Shown piece by piece: positions 51,840 to 64,000 of a stretch of 64,000 nucleotides of DNA (its first letter is position 1; each line of letters starts with the position of its first letter). The position numbers and the translations under genes are program-made. The stretch lies in contig NC_043004.1 of assembly GCF_006345805.1 (NCBI RefSeq), positions 65,782,001-65,846,000 of the forward strand, read 5' to 3'. Source of the DNA: Octopus sinensis. Lineage: Eukaryota. Below the pieces are notes generated by a model. It worked only from the letters and a program-made list of their open reading frames with translations. It was not told the DNA's origin and did no database searches.

Positions 51840-54800
51840 GCTGGAGTGGCATTTGCTGTTAAGACTACGCTTGTGGACAAGTTGGAAGGATTCGCAATCG
51901 GAATTAACGAGCGTCTTATGTCCTTGAGAATTCCTTTGGCTAATTATATGACCTTGGTGAGTGTATATGCTCCAACTATGTGCTATACGGATGACGAAAA
52001 ACTTTCTTTCTACCATGCTTTGATGGGCATTATAAGAAATATCCCTCGGGCAGACAAAGTCATCGTACTGGGTGACTTTAATGAAGGAGTGGGTAGGGAT
52101 TTTAACACATGGACAGTAATTGGAAAGCATGGGGTGGGGAAGTGTAATAGTAATGGCATAGTAATGGCTGCAGATGTGTGAGGAGATGAGTCTGTGTGTT
52201 ACCAATACCGTGTTTCAACAAAAGAATAAGCTTAAGACTACATGGATGCACCCTACATCTAAAGAATGGCATATTCTTGATTACATCCTAGTTAGGGTGC
52301 GTGACAGACAGGATGTGCAGTGTGTTCGTGTCCTTCGTGGAGCTGAGTGTTGGACTGACTACCGCCTAGTACGTGCAAAAGTGAAATTAGTCACAAAACA
52401 TAAAATCCGAGCTGCAGAGATGACCCTGCCTAAAAGATTGAATGTTGATCGTCGTAGGTATAATAGTGTGAAGAGAACTTTACGAGAGGAAATGAATGCT
52501 GCAGATATTGGGGAGGATTGGCCGACCCTTAAAAAGTCAGTTTATGATATAGGCAAGAAAGTTCTGGGATTGATACAAAGAAAGCATCAAGATTGGTTCA
52601 AGGAAAATGATGAACATATAGATGATTTATTGGCTGATAAAAGACGTACTCTGTCACGCTATTTGTCACAGGAAAGGGAAGTGTTACATAGGGAACTCAA
52701 GGACGTAAAATCACGTGTGAAGCAAAGGCTCTCTCAGATGAGGGTTACGTGGTGGAGTAAGAAGGCTGACGAGATACAGGCGGCATCAGATTCCAATAAC
52801 ACAAAGCTGTTGTATGGTCTCTTGCGAGACGTTTCTGGACCGACGTCTTCCCTGATGACACCACTTCGAAGCAGGAATGGTAAAGAACCTCTTCGTGTTT
52901 CACAAGGAATTCTGCGAAGGTGGCAAGAACACTTTGATGAACTTTTGAATCAGCAGTCTGTAGCTAGTGAGGATGTTCTTAATCTCATCCCTGGATTGTC
53001 TGTGAAGGCAGCACTCGCAGAACCACCAAAGTTGGAAGAAGTAGCAATGGCTGTCTCAAGGCTGAATAATGGGAAATCTCCGGGTATGAATGGCATACAT
53101 GCGGAGTTGTTACAGCATGGTGGTGAGAAAATTCTGCAGAAACTTCATTCTTTGTTTGGTACGGTATGGACTAGTGAATCTGTACCTGAGGACTGGAGAG
53201 ATGCAGTAATGGTGGTCCTGTATGAGGGAAAGGGCAACAGGAATGATTGTGGTAATTATAGAGGAGTATCTTTGCAGTCCGCTGTAGGAAAGTGTTATGC
53301 AGGATACTTCTGGATCGCCTGCTGAAATACATTGCAGATTGTGTTCTTCCAGAAAGTCAATCTGGCTTTCGTGTGAGACGTGGCACTGCTGATATGATCT
53401 TTTCAGCTAGAGAGCTTCAGGGAAAGAGTGTGGAACAGGGTCTGGATTTGTATCAGGTTTTTGTCGATCTGACAAAAGCCTTTGATACCGTTAATAGAAA
53501 AGCATTGTGGAAAGTCCTCCAGAAACTTGGGTGTCCTGAAAAGTTCCTTGCTTTGGTTAGGTCTTTTCATGAAGACATGAATCGTAGGATGAATGTTAGA
53601 AGGAAGATGTCGAAGCCCATTTCAATACAAAATGGAGTGAAATAGGGGGATATTCTGGCACCGACCCTATTTTCCATATATTTCGCGATGGTGTTCTGTA
53701 TTGCATTCAGAAACTGCAGATACGGTATTTACGTCCATTATCAAACCTCTGGCAGCATATTTAATATCAGGCGCCTTGCTGCAAAAACAAATATATTTAC
53801 CTCTATCATAAGATACCTTTTGTATGCTGATGATTGTGAGCTAGTAGCACACACAGAGATTGATATGCAACACGTTTTGAATGCATTCTCTGATGCTTGC
53901 ACTGCCCTAGGATTGACAGTCAATCTCAAGAAAACTGTTGTCATGCATTAACCTGCCCCTAGTAAGCAGTATAGTGTACCAAATATCTATGTGAATGGTA
54001 AACGACTTGATGTAGTCGATCAGTTTGTCTACCTGGGAAGCACTATTAATAGATATGGCAATGTGGATGATGAAATTCCATACACAATTAAGAAAGCAAG
54101 TGTTGCTTTCGGAAGGCTAGAAAAGCGCCTCTGGATTCGGCGAGACATATGCAGAAAGACAAAAATAAAGGTGTACAAGGCATGTGTGCTCCATTCTCTT
54201 CTCTATACCTGCGAGACGTGGGTCACATATCGATACCACCTTAAACAACTGGAACGTTTCCATCAGATGTGCCTCAGACGGATCTATAGCATTAAGTGGA
54301 AGGACCGCATCAGTGATCTTGAAATACTCGAAGGCTCTCGGTGTGAAAGTATAGAAGCTCTTGTGTTAAAGCAAAGGCTCAGATGGAGTGGTCATCTGGT
54401 CAGAATGAAGGATTCAAGGATGAAAAAATAACTCTTTTATGGAGAGTTAGCTAAAGGAGAACGACCTCCACATAAACCAAAAAAGAGGTATAAGGACTTG
54501 CTGAAGGCTTCCTTAAGTGATGCTTGCATCTCTCCTGACACATGGGAAGGCATAGCTATTGATCGTAGCAGGTGGAGAAGGATTGTGTATGAGGGGACAG
54601 CCACGTTTGAGAAATCTCGAGTTGCACATGAAAAAGTAAGGAGGGATGTCTAGAAGGGCATCGCTATTACACTTCCAGAAGGGAAGGGTCTTCCTTTGAT
54701 TGACATGCAATGCCTGTGCAAGACTCTGCCGCAGTAATGCTGGACTTATGGGTCATCTTCGTAGTTATAAAACGAGACAGATGAGTGACAACCTGGCCAC

Positions 54801-55073
54801 TGGTAGTGGTGTAGTACACCATACTAATCATATCTGTCGGGCATGTGGAAGAGAGTGTAATTCGGCAGGAGGTCTTAAACGACATGCAAAGGTACATAAA
54901 GCCCAGTTACAACTACAGCCGGCTATTACCAGTAAAGGTTTTAGTTGCCAATTTTGTACAAGACATTGTAGATCTTTAGCTGGGCTAAAAAGTCACATTT
55001 GATCACAGCACCATTAACAATTAAGCTTCGTGCAATGGCCATACTCGAAAACGAGGGGCAGCCATAATAATAA
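51840..55073 (+). mobile_element. 5'-truncated RTE-clade LINE (APE endonuclease, RT, three C2H2 fingers), decayed
   Basis: APE motifs LVSVYAPT, VLGDFN and WHILDYILV; RT motifs YRGVSL, QSGFR, FVDLTKAFDTV, GVK.GDILAP, LLYADD, FVYLGS, RLRWSGHL. Frameshifts and stops join ORFs 51717-54431 and 54700-55002. The 3' end has the hairpin ctcg-aaaa-cgag and a (TAA)n tail. Possible TSD atgtatctatctatct / atgtatatatctatct. Confidence 0.95.
54703..55010 (+). pseudogene. Three tandem C2H2 zinc fingers at the RTE C-terminus
   Basis: CNAC-X12-HLRS(Y), CRAC-X12-HAKVH and CQFC-X12-HI*SQH. The Y (TAT) and the stop (TGA) are each one C>T from CAT and CGA. Confidence 0.85.
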
Positions 55074-55164
55074 TGTATATATCTATCTCTGCATCTCTTT
55101 ATCTTTCCCACTCTCTCTCTCTCACTTTTTATATATATACATTCGTACATACATATACACACAT

Positions 55165-55195
<31 letters not shown>

Positions 55196-55228
55196 ATATA
55201 TATACACATATACATATATACACATCTC

Positions 55229-55645
55229 ATTTCCTTATTGCTCACAATGGGCTAAACATAGAGGGGACAAGCAATGACAGACAAACGAATTAAGTCGATT
55301 AAATCGAACCCAGTGCGTCACTGGTACATAATTTATCGACCCCGAAAGTATGAAAGGCAAAGTCGACCTCGGCGGAATTTGAACTAAGAACGCAGCGGCG
55401 GACGAAATACCTATTTCTTAACTACCCACAAGGGGCTAAACACAGAGAGGACAAACAAGGACAGACAAACGGATTAAGTCGATTATATCGATCCCTGTGC
55501 GTAACTGATACTTCTTTAATCGACCCCGAAAGGATGAAAGGCAAAATCGACCGCGGCGGAATTTGAACTCAGAACGTAGCGGCAGACGAATTACCGCTAA
55601 GCATTTCGCCCGGCGTGCTAACGTTTCTGCCACCTCGCTGCCTTA
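55229..55645 (-). mobile_element. SINE C head-to-tail dimer (period 184 bp)
   Basis: atttc at 55229 and 55413; junction gacgaaatac|ctatttctt; full head only in the distal unit. Confidence 0.9.
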
Positions 55646-56439
55646 TATATACATCTATTTATCTATCTATTTTTCTATCTATCTATCTATATGCGTCTGT
55701 TTTTGAGTGGGTATGTTTGAGTGGTGTTTGTATAAGCATATTTGTGTGTGCACCTGTTTATGATTTTTTAATGTAGGAATCCAGGTTTAGAGGCTGTTTT
55801 TAAACTTCAGTTTTTTTTATTGAATTCCGTTTATCAATTGACCTCTTGGACACATCGTCTTATTTCTGAGACTCTGCGCAGTCACTCGGGGATTCTATTG
55901 CGCTGTAGGTTATTTGTGTATTTTCATAATTTCTAAATGTCTGCAAGACAGTTACCGTAATATGCAAGGAGATTTAGAATGTCAGGAATTTGTCCAAAAG
56001 TATTAACCTTTCGATTGGAAAAAGATGTTTTAAAATATTCTTTCGCTGCATTTAGTAATTGAACACCAGATATACACACCTGTTTTGTATAACATCGTAT
56101 AACATACTGAAGAACATTCAACACATGTACATACGTCAATAAGTGAAGTTCTTTCTTATATATATATATATATATATATGGAAAAAGGATACATATATAA
56201 ACACACACGTGCGCGCAAACACACACGTGCGCGCAAACACACACGCACACAGACATATGTATATATGTATGTATGTATGTATGCACACATAATTTTAAGG
56301 ACAATGATATATATATATATATGTATATATATTTATGTTTATATGTATATATTTATAAATATATATATTTTTATATATATATACATACACGTATATTTAA
56401 ATATGCATGCCTATATTTGTTTTTGTGTATTTGCGTATT

Positions 56440-56449
56440 TCTATCTATC

Positions 56450-56509
<60 letters not shown>

Positions 56510-56657
56510 GCATATATATATGTGTGTGTGTCTGTGTTTGTATGTATATATATATATGTATAATATATATAACAAAATTATACATACACGTATATTTATA
56601 TATACATGTATACACATATGGTTTTGTGTATTTGCCCTCTCTCTCTCTCCCTCTTTC

Positions 56658-56730
<73 letters not shown>
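56440..56730. repeat. (TCTA)n, (TG)n and (TA)n microsatellites
   Basis: Direct reading. Confidence 0.9.
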
Positions 56731-56733
<3 letters not shown>

Positions 56734-56904
56734 GTCTATACTTGAATGACGTATATGCAACATATAAATCACATATTTTGCGGGTTAATGCATTTATAAT
56801 TCTTGTTTTAGAGAATATAAGTATAATCGACGGTATTAAGATCAAATACATTTACCAACACTAAACACAATACAAGAACAGCAACAACAATTACTTCTAA
56901 AACT

Positions 56905-56927
56905 GATGATGATGATGATGATGATGC

Positions 56928-56976
<49 letters not shown>

Positions 56977-56978
56977 AA
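56905..56978. repeat. (GAT)n trinucleotide repeat
   Basis: Direct reading. Confidence 0.95.
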
Positions 56979-57517
56979 TATTGCTAACAACAACAACAAT
57001 AAAATCAACAAAACAAAAATAATAGTTTCGTTTATTCGACATAAGGGTGTGTAGATGATAAGTTTATTTTATTTGTTGATGAAAATGTAGTTAACGAAAT
57101 AAATATAATATATACAGGGATCACAAAGTGATACAGTTCTGTAGATAGAACAGATCCGTCTAGAAGGACCATTGTATGAACCCTTCAGAGAGAGGGACGC
57201 ATTGGCCACCAATATCTCGTGCTCCCTCACAACTTATCTTCTCTTATATTGACGTTGATAGTTGTAGTGGAGTCTTTCAATCCAAGCATATTCGCCACAG
57301 CCACCATTTGAAGATTTCACTGGATAAGAGTTATGCTGTATTCGCCGTTTCCTAAGTGGTACTTGAAAAATAATGATAAGAGATTGTCTGGAAAGAAAGG
57401 TGTCTGTACGCAAACTTTTCAGTTCTTATTCACAACAGATTATTTTTTTACTATCACCACAATGCAGAAGAGAACTTCCAACAGTTGCTTCTATTGTTGG
57501 TTTTGATGCTGCTGCTG

Positions 57518-57553
<36 letters not shown>

Positions 57554-58430
57554 GCTATTTCACTTCGGAGCTACGAAAGAGAAGTTTTATGTCCGCGGGA
57601 TCCGAAACTTAAAATCCTCAAGGCATTACAGATGTGACGCAAGTGTTTTGTATTATAGTCGTAGGATGATTGATGTACACCGAATATATATATATATGAC
57701 ACAAACATATATACCTATATCCAACTATCTATCTATTTATCTATCTGTCGATCTTTGTTTCTTTCTCTGTGTGTGTATCTATTGTGTGAATGTATGTATG
57801 TATGTATGTGTGTGTGTATGTGTGTGTGTGCGCGCGCGCATGCTTTAATGCTGGACTAGAATAAAACCAATTTCTCATTACACGGTAGAATTTGAACTCA
57901 GACGGACATAATGCCGCAAAGCATTTTGCCTTCAGGTGCTAACAATTCCAGCAGCTCTTCGCCTTCAGTGATTAGTAATATCGCAAAGCAAAGTAGGATA
58001 TTTTTTGGAAATATTGTATTTTAAGAAAAACGGTATTCTCTGTTATTGTGTTTCTTAGTGTGTGTATACGTGTGTGAGAGTGTCTGTGTGTGTGTAAGTG
58101 TGCGTGTTCGTGCGGTTGTTGTTTTTGTTTTTTAATTTACATTCCAGCAGGCAGATTCTTAATAAACCAATACAATCATACATACATTTTAAAGCTCACC
58201 AGTCAATCAACTGAAACTTCAGATGTTCAGTGAGCTATTATTTTATATCATTAAGTGTGAGATACTAAGCAACAGAACTACTACACTGATGTACTTAATG
58301 CCTTCTTCATACATACATACTCACACGAGCTCACAAAGACTTACATGTATACATAACTGTATATGCATGTATGTATGTTATCTGGATGAAAACATTTAAT
58401 TTGGCCTACGTATCATACATAAATAAGCAT

Positions 58431-58620
58431 TCTTTTATTCTTTGTCTTGTTTCAATCATTTGACTGCGGCTATGCTGGAGCACCGGCTTTAGTCGGAGAT
58501 ATTGATCCTAGGATTTTTATCTTTATAAGCCTAGTACTTATTCTATCGATCTCATTTGCCGAACCGATAATTTAAAGGGACGTAAACATACCGACATCGG
58601 TTGTCAAGCGATGGTGGGGG
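58431..58620 (-). mobile_element. SINE B 3' half
   Basis: Matches family B; ends at (TA)n adjoining a Helitron 3' end. Confidence 0.85.
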
Positions 58621-58665
58621 AAAATACAGAACACGCAAGCATATATATATATATATATATATATA

Positions 58666-59431
58666 CTAGCAATAAAGACCCGTCGTTGCCGGGCCATAGT
58701 GCTAGTGCATGTATATATGTGTATATATATGTGTACATATTACATGTACATCTATATATATACAATAATAGAAATATTAAAATTAATAAGTCTCTCTAAA
58801 ACATCTACACATAAAATGCAAAATACAAAGTTATATCTTGATATCGCTAGTGATAACAATACTCAAAATACATAACAGACTGGAATTGTTAGCTCTTCTT
58901 TTTTTCTCTACATTGTATACTTTATAGACAGTAGTCTTTTCTTTAATTTAATTTTTTATTATCCATCTGGACTATTCCATTTCTACACGCCAATTTTATT
59001 TTTAATTTATTCCCATACATGTGAAACCACTTATTCAAGTTCAAATCATTGATGCAATTTTATACCAATTGCTATTTTTACTTTTGTATGTTACGATTAT
59101 ATTATACTTCAGTTTGATTTTAATTATTACTTACTACATATAATTCAATTATTATTATTTTTATTGTTTAAGTGAAAGCATCTGACATAAAATAGAGAAA
59201 TATTTTTGTTTCACTTTTAACACGTAATACTGAAATAGTGGAGAAGATATGATATTGCTATGGGCTCGCTCTAGGCCAGTGGTTGAACATTTTTTTTGAC
59301 CATGGAACTACATGGACCCTAAGTAAAACATGTGTAAAATTTGAATGAAATTGGTTGTGTAGTTCTCAAGTTTTAGGGAAACACACAGACAGACAGACAG
59401 ACATACACACATTCTCAGTTTTATATATAAA

Positions 59432-59432
<1 letters not shown>
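58666..59432 (-). mobile_element. Non-autonomous Helitron (same family as 30883 and 43291)
   Basis: 3' end (minus) ggcccggcaacgacgggtctttattgCTAG|T; 5' end tatatataaaactgagaatgtg; body blocks shared with 43735-43790 and 44120-44215. Confidence 0.85.
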
Positions 59433-59475
<43 letters not shown>

Positions 59476-59498
59476 TATATATATATATATACGTGATA

Positions 59499-59541
59499 CG
59501 CACGGACGAGTTTCGGGATTATTGTACCTTATCAACGGGCG
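59499..59541 (-). ncRNA. Candidate type I hammerhead ribozyme, U3-A8 core variant, GUC site
   Basis: CGCCCG-UUGAUAA-GGUA-CAAUAA-UCCC-GAAA-CUCG-UC|CGUGCG: stem I 5/6 bp, stem II 3/4 bp. Confidence 0.65.
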
Positions 59542-59737
59542 GTAACCACCAGGTTACCAGGTTACCATATTAAGATGGCTTCTATACTTTACATTATCGA
59601 GCGATTACTGTTTACATCTCATTCTGGGATTTAATAATGCTTACAGTCAGTTTTTCGAAATCAGTGGCAGACGTCACTAGAAAAACTCTTATATATTTGC
59701 AAAGCAGCCTTGTCTTTCAGCGCGACCTGGTGGTTAC

Positions 59738-59780
59738 CGCCCGTTGATAAGGGACAATAATCCCGAAACTAGGCCGTGTG
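59738..59780 (+). ncRNA. Second copy of the U3-A8 hammerhead motif (U16.1 mutated)
   Basis: CGCCCG-UUGAUAA-GGGA-CAAUAA-UCCC-GAAA-CUAG-GC-CGUGUG: perfect stem II and palindromic CUAG, but GGC instead of GUC. Confidence 0.55.
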
Positions 59781-59996
59781 TATCACTCAGACTTGCGAGG
59801 AAGGGATAGCCTCCCTTTGCAAATACATCAAGGGCACTGAAATGGTGTCTAAAGCCAGCTGGAGACGACGATCTCCTGGGGCTATAGAGCTACAGTAACA
59901 CCCCCTCCCCTATGTGGTTAGCCATATTAAGATGGCTTCTATAATTTACATTATCGAGCGATTACTGTTTACATCTCATTCTGAGATTTAATAATG

Positions 59997-60055
<59 letters not shown>

Positions 60056-60058
<3 letters not shown>

Positions 60059-60385
60059 CGCAGGAGTGGCTGTGTGTAAGCAGCTTGCTCACCAGCCACA
60101 TGGTTCCGGGTTCAGTCCCAATGCGTACCACCTTGGGCAGGTGTCTTCTACTATAACCTCCGGCCGACCAAAGCCTTGTGAGTGGATTTGCGGAAATTGA
60201 AAGAAGCCCGTCATATATCTATATGATGCTGATATGTTTAGGTCTCCGTAACTCAGCTGTTTTACAAAAGCAACCGATAGAACAATGACTAGGCATACAA
60301 AGAATAAGTCCTGGGGTCTATTTGCTCGACTAAAGGCGGTGCTCCAGCACGACCACAATCAAATGACTGAAACACGAAGAAGAAA
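60056..60385 (+). mobile_element. SINE family B
   Basis: aggcgcaggagtggctgtgtg...ggcggtgctccagc...caatcaaatgactgaaac. Confidence 0.88.
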
Positions 60386-61239
60386 CATATATATATATAT
60401 ATATATATAAACGTATGCGAGTGGCTGCGTGTTTGTGTGTAGGTGTATATATATATGTGTCAGATCTGCGTTTGCTCCACCAACGCTTAACAGTTTTGGT
60501 TCATCAACGTCCTCGTATCTTACTGGCTATAGATAACAATATAAGAAGGACCATACTTATTAAATCAGTCCTTTGTTTCATTCGTTTGGGTAAACCATTC
60601 GTAACGGTGCCCTTGTGTGGCCGCTGGACAAAATTTTACGGAAACGAGCAAAATATAAACTAAAACAATTTATTTTTTATTTGTATCTGAGAAAAAAATA
60701 ATCGAGATTACGATTCAATGTTCTCTCGTAACACAATTTGCTCGTTAACACTGCAGACACAGGTCTCATAGATGCTATTAATTATTATCATCATCTACTG
60801 ACCCGTACACTAAAATGCTAAAAACAAACATATGCCAGATCAAAATCTTCACCTCTAAAAACGGTTTTAAATATGCATGAAAGATCTGTTAACAACACCA
60901 GTCTCTTTTAGTTTAACTATACATATACATGGCAGCGATTTCGAAAAGAATAAAACAACAAAAAGTAGTAAAAGAAAATGTATATAGCTGTTCGTTCGGG
61001 AAGACGGAGGAATGGCAATAATCTACAATTCAACATAAAATTCCTTATCACATTTTCCATTCATTTGTTTAAACAAGTGAGGCATAACTTTAATCTGCAC
61101 GATATGTATGTACACACACGGAGACAGAAGCATAAAAAAATACAAACTACAAGAACCTCACACACATTCACGTTCTCAAAACTCATACATAAATTTAGTG
61201 TAACAAGAGTACACGGACACACATCTATAGTCATATATG

Positions 61240-61436
61240 TACAGCTATATATTATATATGTATGCATGTATATACATATATATAAATATATGTATGCATA
61301 TATATAGATATATACATGTAAGTATATGCACATATGTAAGAAGATATGAGGGCATAATAAATATGTACATATATAGGAATATATATGCATATATATGAAA
61401 TATAGATATACAATACATGCATATAAATAATATGTA

Positions 61437-61489
<53 letters not shown>

Positions 61490-61498
61490 GCACACATA

Positions 61499-61541
<43 letters not shown>

Positions 61542-61620
61542 ATACATATATATGTGTGTGCATATATGTCTGTATATATTTGCATTTATATATGTTATAT
61601 ATATATATGTATTTGTGTGT
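61240..61620. repeat. Degenerate (TA)n/(TG)n field
   Basis: Direct reading. Confidence 0.85.
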
Positions 61621-62457
61621 GAGTGTGTGATATAGCCATCATCTGAAAACTAATAGCTTTGGAAAACTAAAGAAGTATACGAAACAAAAAAATATGGATG
61701 TTCTATTTAGCTATTTGTACATTTTTCTTGTCACGCTAATATTCAGTAAACCAGGAATAACAACACTGAAATAACTCGAGTTACGCGCCATAAGTTATAG
61801 ATATATTTTTAGAACGTCAGGATAACACTTATCAACCAATATATTGGGATTCATTTTGCAAGACAAATGGCGTTAATATCATGAGAGCCGGAATATGAGA
61901 TATAATAATCGTAGAGTGAAACAACCACTTGTGTTTTAAGCATATGGGAATGCAACCAAGTTTGTGTAATCGCGCAGAAAACCCTATGATAAATAAATAC
62001 ATTGACAAGGAGAGCGAAATAATAATAATAATAAAAAAAAGCAGAAATGCGTTTTGAGTATGAAGGAATATATGTAAGTACGCGGGAGGAATGCGATGAC
62101 AGCAATTTGGATGATGTGAAGAAGGGAGGAAAAATAACTATATTTACCTCGTTGGTGGATTGCTTGGGGCGTGAGTTTGACAGAAATAATGGAACCATCT
62201 AGATGATGCTATGCGGAATGTATTTTCGTTAATTATTCTTCTGCTTTCAAATCCCACCGTCGTCGGGAGTTTACTTATTTATTTACTCATTTATTTATTA
62301 CCAGGGTCGTCGATAATATCCGGAACTAATGAAGAAGTTGAGTTCGATGTAATTCCATTTTGGATCCTTTACCGAATCTTATAGACTTGTGATTGTGTAA
62401 GAGAGTTAATCAGTAATTTAAATCGGATTTAAACGAAAGCAAATATCGTGATACTCG

Positions 62458-62467
62458 CCATCATCAC

Positions 62468-62512
<45 letters not shown>

Positions 62513-62790
62513 TATTATCATTATCATTATGATCATCATCATCATCGTCATCACCATCATCATCATCATCGCCACAATCAACATTATCTTCATTATCTAC
62601 ATGGTTATTATCCTCAACATCATCATCATCATCAACGTCATCATTATCCTCCTCATAACCGTCGCCATCGTCGCCATCATCATTTTCATCCTCCTAATCT
62701 TCCTACATTTCCTCCTTATCTTTATCATCATCGTCCGTCGTCGACGTTGTCCTCCTCGTCGTCTCCATTATCATCATCAACCTCATCTTC
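62458..62790. repeat. (CAT)n repeat decaying into CAT/CGT/CCT/TAT variants
   Basis: Direct reading; source of the poly-Ile ORF at 62448. Confidence 0.9.
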
Positions 62791-62956
62791 AAAAACAACA
62801 AAACAACTGTGCTGTTATCAAACTTATTAACATAAGAAGCAAATCTAGCCAGCTTAAGACAGAAAGCTAGCAAAGAAAGAATATATTTGATAAAGCAATA
62901 TTTTCTAGACCTAGGAAAATGAATTCTGCAGAAAACAATTGCATGGGCATTTAGGT

Positions 62957-63183
62957 ACTCTTTTACTCATTTTACTTGTTTCAGCCGTTTGTCTACGGCC
63001 ATGCTGGAGCACCGCCTTTAGTCGAGCAAATCGACTACAGGATTATTCTTTGTAAACCTAGTACTTATTCTATCAGTCCCTTTTACCGAACCGCTAAGTT
63101 ACGGGGGCGTAATCACACCAGCATCGGTTGTCAAGCGATGTTGCGGGGACAAACACAGACACACACACCCACACATACACACG

Positions 63184-63241
<58 letters not shown>

Positions 63242-63400
63242 CTACGGGCTTCTTTTAGTTTCCGTATACCAAATCCACTCACAAGGCTTTGGTCAACCCA
63301 AAGTGGAACACACTTGCCCAAGGTGCCTCGTAGAGGGACTGAACCCGGGAACCATGTTGTTGGTAAGCAAGCTACTTACCACACAGCCACTCCTGCACCT
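62957..63400 (-). mobile_element. SINE family B
   Basis: Complete reverse-strand copy with internal (CA)n(TA)n. Confidence 0.9.
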
Positions 63401-63612
63401 ATAGGTACTTTAACTTACTTTGAAATGAATTAAATGGTTGGGAGTGGTGTAAATAGTAATGATAAAAGTGAATAAAGTGAGAGAGCTTTATATTTTACAG
63501 CCAAAAGTAATACATTTAATAACGATTTGTGTCTGTTCCACGTAACTTAAAAAAAAGCTTCATTGATCGACAAATGTATCGAGCCGGATCAAGCTGTTAA
63601 TAAATAAATATA

Positions 63613-64000
63613 CAGGGTGAGGCGGCGAGGACGAATATTTTTGAAAAATTCACACAATCATAAATTTTAGCTGAAGTTTTATTGACATCAATGTGTTCGT
63701 ATTGAAATAGCATTTCTAAAAATCCAGTGTGTATAACAACATCCATCATGTGGTGTCCATTTTTGTTGATGAAATTCTGAAGGTGTTCTTGGAATTTCTC
63801 AAGGTGTTGGCTTCCACTCTCTCCAGCATTGTTCTGTGGATTTGGATGACTTCCATGCAAATAGCTTCTTAGAAAGGGTCTAATGTACGGGGCCTGTGTG
63901 CATACACACGTGCCTTGAGGTTTTCCCGTAGACCTGGTAATTAGGAGGTCACAGAAAAGAGGGGAAAAAACGTCCGTTAATGCTCTGGTTGTGTGGGCTG
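63613..64000 (-). mobile_element. Tc1/mariner-superfamily (Tc3-like) element end with transposase C-terminus, cut by the window edge
   Basis: TA|CAGGGTG terminus at 63613. With frameshifts the minus strand reads AHTTRAL..., LKARVYAHRPRTL, EAICMEVIQIHRTMLERVEAN, FQEHLQNFINKNGHHMMDVV. Confidence 0.8.

Larger units (their letters stand above)
59493..59997 (+). mobile_element. Non-coding Penelope-like/retrozyme-like element: 62 bp inverted repeat plus 76 bp direct repeat, bounded by (TA)n
   Basis: IR 59493-59554 versus 59725-59786 (4 mismatches); DR 59565-59640 versus 59922-59997 (2 mismatches; period 357 bp). Hammerhead motifs lie in both IR arms. Confidence 0.7.

Overview
Eukaryotic, AT-rich, repeat-saturated DNA with no recognisable host protein-coding gene. 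The microsatellite load and the SINE/LINE repertoire suggest a coleoid cephalopod such as Octopus (inference, not verified). Most listed ORFs are translation artefacts of (TA)n/(TG)n/(CATA)n/(CAT)n repeats. Supportable content: (i) four decayed Tc1/mariner elements, one full length with TIRs and one internally deleted with a nested Helitron; (ii) non-LTR retrotransposon remains: a young 5'-truncated CR1/L2-like RT with an open frame, an older CR1-like copy, an RTE 3' fragment, and a 3.2 kb RTE (APE-RT) ending in three C2H2 zinc fingers; (iii) several Helitrons, one carrying the RepHel helicase C-terminus; (iv) about 30 tRNA-derived SINE copies built from swappable head, body and tail modules (labelled A-D and G here for convenience), some as head-to-tail multimers; (v) several long inverted repeats abutting (TA)n tracts, including a perfect 198 bp palindrome and 214 bp arms with one mismatch. 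The most interesting signal is two short non-coding elements, each carrying an inverted pair of minimal type I hammerhead ribozyme motifs in a Penelope-like or retrozyme-like layout (36.46-36.54 kb and 59.5-60.0 kb). The second pair has a compensatory U3-A8 core in place of C3-G8. All structures were read by eye; none was folded, aligned or searched computationally.
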